Shown here: positions 57,045 to 64,000 of the stretch, piece by piece
Position numbering within the stretch: the stretch's first letter is position 1
Layout: each line of letters opens with the position of its first letter
Assembly: GCA_903916735.1 (NCBI GenBank)
Contig: CAIWXX010000085.1
Coordinates: 7,883 to 71,882, forward strand
Source of the DNA: an uncultured Acidobacteriota bacterium
GTDB taxonomy: Bacteria; Acidobacteriota; CAIWXX01
DNA length: 64,000 nucleotides
Direction of reading: 5' to 3'
Position numbers and translations under genes: made by a program
Notes under the pieces: generated by a model
What the model was told of the DNA's origin: nothing
Seen by the model: the letters and a program-made list of their open reading frames with translations, nothing else
Database searches by the model: none

Positions 57045-58112
57045 CTCGACGGTCTCCGGCGGCACGTCGGGGCGAGCCCGAGCTCGGCAGGCATTCGCCT
57101 GCTCGTTGAGCCCCAGCTGATCATAGCAACGAGCCGCATCGAGGAGATTTTCTATTTTCGTCGACTCCCACCATTCAACCGAGGCAGCTTCGTCATAGCA
57201 ACGAGCGGCCTCTATCCATTCACCGGTAGCCTCATGGCACCGGCCTCTGCATCGAAGGGATTCCGATTCGCAATCCGCTGTCGCGTAGCAGACAGCCGCG
57301 GGTTCGAACCTTTTCGACTCCTCCAACAACTGCGCCGCTCGCAGCCAATCTCCGGCCTTTTGGAAGGAAAAAATGGCCTTTTCTATGTCACCTGATTTTT
57401 CAAAATGAAGGGCGGCGAGGTGGTGCTCAGCGACCCGTTCATAGCACCGGGCGGAATCAGAAGACCGCCCCGCTTTTTCATGGCACCGCCCAGCGGCAGC
57501 ATGTTCGCCGGATGCCTCATAGAGCGGCGCCGCGGCGCTGATGTCGCCTGATCTCTCAAAGCATCTAGCCGCGCTCAAATGCTCATGCGCCCTCTCATAG
57601 CGCACAGCCGCCGTGGCATTCTGACCGGCTTCCTCGTAGCACTGTGCCGCATGAGCAGCATCGTCCAGCTGATCATAATAAGCGGCAGCTTCCTCATACA
57701 GACCCGCCAGGCAAAAGCAACGGGCCGCATCTGGAATCGATTGAGCGATGGCGTGCCTTCGGCCCGCGCTTGCATAGTTCCCAATCTGTTCAAAGTGAGA
57801 AGCCGCATCAGCATGTCGTCCATCCCGTTCGCATTCAAGCGCCGTCTGAAGAGCCCCTGAGGCGCCGGCATCGACGCCAAGGATCTCGACCGTGATCGGC
57901 CCCTTCGGAGTACGTATCTTCACAATCGATCCAATTTGTTTCCCCAGCAATGCTGTGCCGATGGGCGACGACATGGATGCGATTTGAGTTTCCGGTTCAA
58001 TCGATGTCTTTCCATCAAGCGCGTCCCTTGTAATCCTGTATTTCCGAAACTGCCCGCTCTCGATGCCTTTCACAATCACCAACTGCCCACATTCAACGAC
58101 TGATTGTTTCAT
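57033..58112 (-). CDS. GreA/GreB C-terminal domain fused to helical TPR-like repeats
   Basis: SMSSPIGTALLGKQIGSIVKIRTPKG..VEILGV, followed by many AA..YE.AG...AA repeats. Confidence 0.7.
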   Translation of the reverse strand: MKQSVVECGQLVIVKGIESGQFRKYRITRDALDGKTSIEPETQIASMSSPIGTALLGKQIGSIVKIRTPKGPITVEILGVDAGASGALQTALECERDGRHADAASHFEQIGNYASAGRRHAIAQSIPDAARCFCLAGLYEEAAAYYDQLDDAAHAAQCYEEAGQNATAAVRYERAHEHLSAARCFERSGDISAAAPLYEASGEHAAAGRCHEKAGRSSDSARCYERVAEHHLAALHFEKSGDIEKAIFSFQKAGDWLRAAQLLEESKRFEPAAVCYATADCESESLRCRGRCHEATGEWIEAARCYDEAASVEWWESTKIENLLDAARCYDQLGLNEQANACRARARPDVPPETVESAE

Positions 58113-58181
58113 TGTCGATCTCCCCACAATTCAATGCGCTGTCTGACGCGTCGCCATCGGTCTGAACTCCATGGTTCCATC

Positions 58182-59066
58182 TCAGGCCCCCCGTGTCGCA
58201 AGAAATCCGCCGGCAACGATCAACGCCGTCGACACGGCCAGACGGGCGCTCACCGCTTCCCCCAGCAACAGAGATGCAAAAATAATCGAAAGAACAGGAT
58301 CGATGAAATCGATATAAACGATTTGAGAAATGTCGACATGCTTAAGCATCCAAAAGAACAAGACATAGGCAACGCCGCTCGACAGCAGCGCCAAATAAAG
58401 GAGCGAGACAAGAAATGCAGGAGTGATAGTCATCTGCTTGTAGGATTCCATCAGAAGACTGGCGATGAAGATCACCGGCGCAACCATCACCATTTGATGG
58501 GGAAGCGCGACACTAGGGTCTTCGTGATGGAGGTATTTCTTCACAACGATCACTCCTCCGGCCCCGGCAAGGGCGCCTACCAGAATCAAGAAGAGCCCCA
58601 TATTGGCCCTGAAGCCCGCTGAGAGCAGCGCCGGCAGATATAAATAGAAGATGCCTGAAAGCCCGAGGAGGATAGCCGCAATTCGATACGGCGTCAGCCG
58701 CTCTTTCAGAAAGATCCTGGCCATTGTGACCGAGAAGACCGGACCACAACTGAAAACGACCGCCGCGATCGATGCATCAACCGTCTTTTCGCCGATGAAA
58801 ATCGTCACGAAGGGGATTCCGAAGAAGAGCAGCCCACCAAGGAAATTGACGCGATGCGTCACATAGCGAAGCCGCATCGGGATTCCCATGATGCGTGCGT
58901 AGGCGAAAAGGAAACCAGCTGAAAGAAGACACCTCACCGAGGCGAAGAGCAAAGGAGGGAAATCCCGAACCCCGATTTTGATGAAGATCCACGATAGAGA
59001 CAATAAGACACAGCACGTTGCAAAGGCGGAGACAGTCCTGAAACGACTCATTTGAAGCCTCGGCAT
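58182..59066 (-). CDS. EamA/DMT-family transporter
   Basis: About 10 hydrophobic helices in two repeats; PPLLFASVR, FLKERL, and LLGEAV. Confidence 0.9.
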   Translation of the reverse strand: MPRLQMSRFRTVSAFATCCVLLSLSWIFIKIGVRDFPPLLFASVRCLLSAGFLFAYARIMGIPMRLRYVTHRVNFLGGLLFFGIPFVTIFIGEKTVDASIAAVVFSCGPVFSVTMARIFLKERLTPYRIAAILLGLSGIFYLYLPALLSAGFRANMGLFLILVGALAGAGGVIVVKKYLHHEDPSVALPHQMVMVAPVIFIASLLMESYKQMTITPAFLVSLLYLALLSSGVAYVLFFWMLKHVDISQIVYIDFIDPVLSIIFASLLLGEAVSARLAVSTALIVAGGFLATRGA

Positions 59067-59183
59067 CGATCCAGTCTGCCGTCGATCACGCCACCGCCTT
59101 CAGAAGACTGCATTCTCTCCGTTGGCCAAGGACGTTCCTCGAACAACGAAAGAACACTACAGGCGGCATGACCATTGGTACCG

Positions 59184-60893
59184 TCATGGGTTGTCGACAA
59201 TCTCGTAAATCAAAATCGTTGGATTCTGAATGTTGTCGTTCCCTTCATAGCGACCGATTTGTTTCGCATTCAGAGCCCGAAGGTATTGACCATAGGCGGG
59301 TGTGTTCTCCGCATTCATCGTGTAGATGGACTGACTGATGAGGATGTATCTGACGCCATCGGCTCGACATCGCTCGATTGGGAAACCAATAATATTCGGG
59401 ACGACTATTTCATGAGTGAAGCGAGCCGGGAGGAAAGGAGTTCGCTCTTCGCGAAGAATAACGGATGTATCGGCCACATTGTTCCGGATCCAGGAAAAGG
59501 CCTCCGCGCACCCAAGCGGTTCCCGCGAATGAGTGAACCACTCGATCTGGCGCCGTATCGGATGAATAAGGACCATGATGCATAAAGCGGTGCCGGCGAA
59601 GCTACGAGTGTATCGCCCCACTTTGTTCTTCAGCAAATTCAATAGATAAAAAATACCTCCAGCTGTGAAAAGAAAGAAAATGGGTTCCAGCGGGCTTAAA
59701 TACCTCGTAAACACCCCATGGTAAAAACCCAGAAACGCAAAATGAATGATGAAGAAACCCAAGAGGAGAAGTCGCTTATGGTCCCAATCCAAAAGCGAAT
59801 TGAAACATCCCAGGAGGAAAAGCCCAGCAGTCGCAAATCCGAAGGCGGACAGGTAGCCGAGTGCATAGTTGACGGCAGTGGCGCCTGGCTGCTGGCCACC
59901 GATGCCCCAGACGCGGCTCCCTCCAAAATAGGACAGCTCACCGAGACTTCGAAGAAATGTCGGGAAATCGAGTAAAGCATAAGGAGTCGTCATAAGAAAA
60001 GAGACGCAGGCTGCCACAATGACGATGACCGACATCTGCCACCGTGAATGAAGCACAGCTTCCTTCGGCATCCAAATCCAAATGGTCGCACAAAGGAGTA
60101 TAAGGAGAGTCAGACAATAGTACATGGTTGAGCACGCCAGACCTGCCAGGCCCCCGGCCACGGCAATCTTCCAGAGGGATGGAGAATCGAGTATCCAGGC
60201 GATCCATCCCAGAACAATCAGCGCCATGAGCGTCGCGAGGCCGTGAAAGGAGGCGCTGCGTGCGGTCTCCGAGGAAAGATGCGACACTGAGAGAAAGAGG
60301 GCTGCCGCAAAAGCCGCCGGCCGCCCGAAGATTTTCCGCCCCAGGAGATAAGTGGCCGGAATGGTGAGGGCGCTGAAGATTGCGGCGGCGGAGCGCGCGC
60401 CGTTGTGAAGTGCTGAAAGAGGGACATCCTGTATCGCCAAAAATAAGCCGGCGGTTGCATCACGAAGGAACCCGGCAATCATCAGAGGCAACGTCGCGTA
60501 ATATCCAAAAGACGGGTAATCGAAAAAATGAGGATTATAATTTCCGCTGGTCAGGATCCATGATAGAGGGTTCAGGATGTGCTGTTCATCGACACCATAA
60601 CAATAGGGGAGGCCGAAATAGAGTCCAATGCGGCGGATGCTCCACGCCACAATACAAAGCAGCGCCGCGATGAAGACATCGGCATTCAGCCTGATCCATT
60701 CAATGGTTCGCCCGACTCCAAACCAATGTAACCAAAAAGTGACGAGACACACTGCGGAGAGTGCCACATCGAGAGTTGATGTCAGGAAGAAGAAAAAAAG
60801 CGAATGTTTGAAGATGACAGCGCAGAGGAAATTCAGTATGAGTATCGGCAGCAGTATATCTCTCCCAGGCAGTTTCTTCATTGCATTTGCCAT
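59184..60893 (-). CDS. GT-C fold glycosyltransferase (family 39/ArnT-PMT-like)
   Basis: YGVDE catalytic-loop motif after the first TMs, about 13 TMs, and a soluble C-terminal domain. Confidence 0.8.
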   Translation of the reverse strand: MANAMKKLPGRDILLPILILNFLCAVIFKHSLFFFFLTSTLDVALSAVCLVTFWLHWFGVGRTIEWIRLNADVFIAALLCIVAWSIRRIGLYFGLPYCYGVDEQHILNPLSWILTSGNYNPHFFDYPSFGYYATLPLMIAGFLRDATAGLFLAIQDVPLSALHNGARSAAAIFSALTIPATYLLGRKIFGRPAAFAAALFLSVSHLSSETARSASFHGLATLMALIVLGWIAWILDSPSLWKIAVAGGLAGLACSTMYYCLTLLILLCATIWIWMPKEAVLHSRWQMSVIVIVAACVSFLMTTPYALLDFPTFLRSLGELSYFGGSRVWGIGGQQPGATAVNYALGYLSAFGFATAGLFLLGCFNSLLDWDHKRLLLLGFFIIHFAFLGFYHGVFTRYLSPLEPIFFLFTAGGIFYLLNLLKNKVGRYTRSFAGTALCIMVLIHPIRRQIEWFTHSREPLGCAEAFSWIRNNVADTSVILREERTPFLPARFTHEIVVPNIIGFPIERCRADGVRYILISQSIYTMNAENTPAYGQYLRALNAKQIGRYEGNDNIQNPTILIYEIVDNP

Positions 60894-60915
60894 TCTTCTT
60901 TGAAAAAGCCCTGAT

Positions 60916-62733
60916 TCATTTTGCTATGTGGGATGTCAGGTTGTTCGTGCCGTGGAGTCGCCGCCTCGGCCGATGATCGAGTTGGCTCGTTGAAGGCACC
61001 ATCCCGGGCGAGTCAGGAGATCCGGATTTATCCGGCCTCGGCGGCACTTGATAAATATCGATTGCCGGATTCTGAAGATTGTGATTTCCGGCGAAGGACA
61101 CGATGGGACGCGCATTCAGCTTCCTCAGATACCACCGATATTTCCTATCGTTTTCCAGATTTCGTGTTGAGTACGATTGGCTGACGACGATGTACTCGAC
61201 ACCTCGCTGCCGGCATTGTTCGACCGAGAGGTCGATCACCCGGTCCAAGCGCAACTGATGGTTGAAGCCCCACGGCAGGAACGGCGTGCGCTCCTCCAAG
61301 AGGAAAAGGCTTTTCGGATTGAGATTCGCCTGGATCCAGGTGTATGCACGCAGGCACGCCACGGGCTCGCTCGTTTGGCAATACCATTGAGCCTCTTTTT
61401 GTACCGGGGCATAGAAGAGAGTCCCTATCATGAAAATTGATGCCGGAAGCCACACGAATATGCGCAACCGGGATCGCATCCAGCCGATGACACGCACGCA
61501 CCCATCGGCAACGAGGAGAAGATAGAGAGGCTCGAGCGGCGCGAGGTAACGCGAGAAGGCGGCCCGGTAGGAGCTCATGAACCCGAAATGGAGCACAACG
61601 AACCCGAAGAGGAGGAGGCGATGCCGGTCTCGGAGTTTGATCGTCAAAAAAGCATCCCCAAGAAATAAGCACGCTGCCAAGAGGCCGAATGCTGCGAGAT
61701 AACCAATAGAATAGTTTCGAGCAGTGATGCCTCCGGCTCCGCCAAGCCCTATATTACCGCGTGATACTGAAAGGCTGAGGCGCTCGGCGAATTGGTTGAC
61801 GAAATTCGGCATATCAAGGACGGCGTAGGGAGTTGTCAAGAAAAACGCGAAAGCGGCAGCTGCCAGCATGCATCCAGTCAGTGCCAGACGATAACCGTTC
61901 GATCTCTTCGAATATCCATCCAGCCATACGAGGAAGATGACGACCGGGAGGACCGTGCTGCAATAATACATTGTGGAAAATGCAAGCCCGGCGAGGGCTC
62001 CAGAGAAAATGGCCCACCCGGCAGATCGAGTATCCAGGTAACGAAAGCCGGCGCCGAGAGCGGCCAGGACCAACAGTGGCGCCATGCCGTGAAAGCCGGC
62101 ATTCCGCCCGTTTTCAGCGGCGAGGTGAGACACGGCCAGAAGACCAGCGCCAAGGAATGCCGCATAGCGCCCGATCGTCCGGCGACCAAGCAGATAGAGC
62201 GATGGGACCGTGATGGCGCCGATAAGGGCTGAAATATGCCGAGCATAATAGTAGGACACATAATCCGGCATCTGGCTCAGGTGAAGGTACAATCCTTTCC
62301 CTGCTTCAAGAAGAAAGCCTCGCGCCAGAGCCGCCGCCGTCAGATAAAAGCCAAGGGATGGATAGTGGAATCGATGCGGATTAAAATCGCCGGTCTGGAT
62401 CATCCGGATGGAGCTTTGGACGATGTAGGGCTCGTCGATTCCATAGCAAAAGGGCAACCCGAAATAGAGGCCGATTCGGCGCACACCCCATGCCCCAACA
62501 CCGAGAATCACGACAAGATAGGCATCCGCATATCGTCGAAAGTGCTCTTTGATGTCAGGCCACGTGACGTCAAACCGCCGGATGATGAGGAAAAGAAGAA
62601 ATCCTAAAGAAAGAGCGCGATCCACAGATGTCGGCAACCAGAAGAAGGCGGGCGAGTGCCACAGAAGAAGAGAAGAAAGAGCGTTGAGAATAAGAAAAGC
62701 GCCCCAGATGCCCGGCCCCGGTTTCTTCGTCAC
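60916..62733 (-). CDS. GT-C fold glycosyltransferase, tandem paralogue of 59184-60893
   Basis: GLYFGLPFCYGIDE, GDFNPHRFHYPSLGFY, FSTMYYC, and EERTPFLP motifs shared with the neighbouring gene. Confidence 0.8.
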   Translation of the reverse strand: MTKKPGPGIWGAFLILNALSSLLLWHSPAFFWLPTSVDRALSLGFLLFLIIRRFDVTWPDIKEHFRRYADAYLVVILGVGAWGVRRIGLYFGLPFCYGIDEPYIVQSSIRMIQTGDFNPHRFHYPSLGFYLTAAALARGFLLEAGKGLYLHLSQMPDYVSYYYARHISALIGAITVPSLYLLGRRTIGRYAAFLGAGLLAVSHLAAENGRNAGFHGMAPLLVLAALGAGFRYLDTRSAGWAIFSGALAGLAFSTMYYCSTVLPVVIFLVWLDGYSKRSNGYRLALTGCMLAAAAFAFFLTTPYAVLDMPNFVNQFAERLSLSVSRGNIGLGGAGGITARNYSIGYLAAFGLLAACLFLGDAFLTIKLRDRHRLLLFGFVVLHFGFMSSYRAAFSRYLAPLEPLYLLLVADGCVRVIGWMRSRLRIFVWLPASIFMIGTLFYAPVQKEAQWYCQTSEPVACLRAYTWIQANLNPKSLFLLEERTPFLPWGFNHQLRLDRVIDLSVEQCRQRGVEYIVVSQSYSTRNLENDRKYRWYLRKLNARPIVSFAGNHNLQNPAIDIYQVPPRPDKSGSPDSPGMVPSTSQLDHRPRRRLHGTNNLTSHIAK

Positions 62734-62743
62734 GACGAATGCC

Positions 62744-63691
62744 TCATGCTCCTCGCCGGCTGGTGAAGAAAGCGAGTGTCATCTTCAAGCCGTCATGAAA
62801 ATCCACCGAGGGCCTGTAACCGAGAAGTTCTTGCGCCAGAGCTATCTGCGCCTCCGAATGGCGCACGTCGCCCGGACGAGCATCGGCGAAAAGAGGCGTC
62901 TGGTCAAACCCAGTGAGTTTTTGAATCACAGCATACAGCTCTTTCACCGAGTTTCTCTTTCCGGTGCCTATATTCACGACCTGACCGGAGGCTGATTCGT
63001 ACTGATCGGCGGATAGGATGGCGGCGATAACGTTGGCGACGTAGGTAAAATCGCGGCTCTGTTCGCCATCTCCACAAATCGTCGGCCTCTGCCTCTGAAG
63101 CATTCTTTCAATAAAGATTGAAATGACACCTGAGTATGGAGATGAAGGATCCTGTCGAGGCCCGAAGATATTGAAGAGCCGCAGAGAGATTGTCGACAAG
63201 CCGTAGAGATGTGAAAAGAGAGCGCAATAATGCTCACCAGCCAGCTTTGAAAGAGCATAGGGAGATGCCGGCGCCGGCAGCATTGATTCTGTTTTGGGCA
63301 AGGTTTCATCTTCTCCATAGACAGCGCACGATGACGCGAAGACAACTCGCCGGACGCGTGCGTCACGAGCTGCCAGCAAAAGCTGTAAGGTGCCATGAAT
63401 GTTCACCCGGTCGGTGGAAACAGGATCTTCGACGGAATGTACCACTGACGGGATCGCCGCGAGATGAACGACCGTATCGATTCCGTCAGCAGCCCTCCGG
63501 ACGTCATTGGGATTCTCGATGCATCCATGAATGAACTCGATACGATCCATGAAGGTGTGAAGGTTTTCGAGTCTGCCTGTTGAAAGATCGTCGAGGACCC
63601 TCACGCGATCGCCGCGCATTACGAGAACCTCGCAAAGATTGCTTCCGATGAAACCAGCTCCGCCGGTGACGAGATATTTTCCCATAATCAA
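62744..63691 (-). CDS. NAD-dependent nucleotide-sugar epimerase/dehydratase (UDP-Glc/GlcNAc 4-epimerase-like)
   Basis: GGAGFIG, HLAA, ASSCAVYG, YALSK, NIFGPRQDP, and GDGEQSRDF. Confidence 0.92.
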   Translation of the reverse strand: MIMGKYLVTGGAGFIGSNLCEVLVMRGDRVRVLDDLSTGRLENLHTFMDRIEFIHGCIENPNDVRRAADGIDTVVHLAAIPSVVHSVEDPVSTDRVNIHGTLQLLLAARDARVRRVVFASSCAVYGEDETLPKTESMLPAPASPYALSKLAGEHYCALFSHLYGLSTISLRLFNIFGPRQDPSSPYSGVISIFIERMLQRQRPTICGDGEQSRDFTYVANVIAAILSADQYESASGQVVNIGTGKRNSVKELYAVIQKLTGFDQTPLFADARPGDVRHSEAQIALAQELLGYRPSVDFHDGLKMTLAFFTSRRGA

Positions 63692-63845
63692 CCTCTGTGC
63701 AGGTTCTCCCTTCTTCGTGGCAAAGCGTCTATCGTCTCGCGAAAACAGTTTGAACGCAACCCTTGCGTTGAAGATTCACCAAACAAGGATTCTGCCGGAT
63801 TCCGGCGCAGGGCTTCAGCGCATGATGAATCGGTTCGGCGCCTGG

Positions 63846-64000
63846 TTAAGATTCCGCAGCGGCCGATGCACTCTCCGAGGTGGCAGCCAAGGGGCTTCTC
63901 CGAGGACGAACGCGCGCCATGCAAGTTTGCGCCAGGCGAATGGCGGAGAGTGAATCCACCCGACCGGCTCCCTGCTCATCGGCAGTGCACTTGAGCTTCT
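63846..64000 (-). CDS. C-terminal end of a gene entering from the right edge, possibly a subtilisin-like S8 peptidase
   Basis: The open frame KLKCTADEQGAGRVDSLSAIRLAQ...AAAES* contains a GAGRVD.L.A motif typical of S8 C-termini. Only about 50 codons are visible. Confidence 0.4.
   Translation of the reverse strand, partial: KLKCTADEQGAGRVDSLSAIRLAQTCMARVRPRRSPLAATSESASAAAES

Noticed and set aside
63688-63924. 78-aa ORF ending at the epimerase start
   Set aside because: It has no motifs and overlaps a better-supported frame (the GAGRVD-containing C-terminus ending at 63846).

Overview
A 64-kb bacterial chromosomal window. Spot counts give about 55% GC in core genes. The Acidobacterial-type VWA protein suggests Acidobacteriota or a related environmental lineage, but this is inference only. 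Core genes include mtnA, tsaD, smpB, aroK, recA, ssb, comEA, pepQ, pbpC, rfbC and nfeD-slipin. These alternate with accessory blocks: (1) a high-GC glycan-modification cassette (acyltransferase, B12 radical SAM, GT4) beside a transposase relic; (2) a tight acyl-adenylate ligase / acyl carrier protein / Kbl operon; (3) a roughly 5-kb segment bounded by direct repeats; (4) an AT-rich block with an AraC regulator converging on a beta-propeller sensor fused to a Ser/Thr kinase; (5) tandem GT-C glycosyltransferases with an epimerase. The most striking non-coding signal is a family of six hairpin elements, five of about 220 bp and one truncated. They are built from interchangeable left ends, cores and right ends. 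Both core types occur in both orientations relative to the right end, and a terminal 5-bp mini-hairpin shows compensatory base changes. Pairs of these elements bracket accessory genes, and three ends overlap stop codons. No rRNA, tRNA, tmRNA, CRISPR array, integrase or intact transposase was found. All product names come from motifs read by eye, not from database searches.
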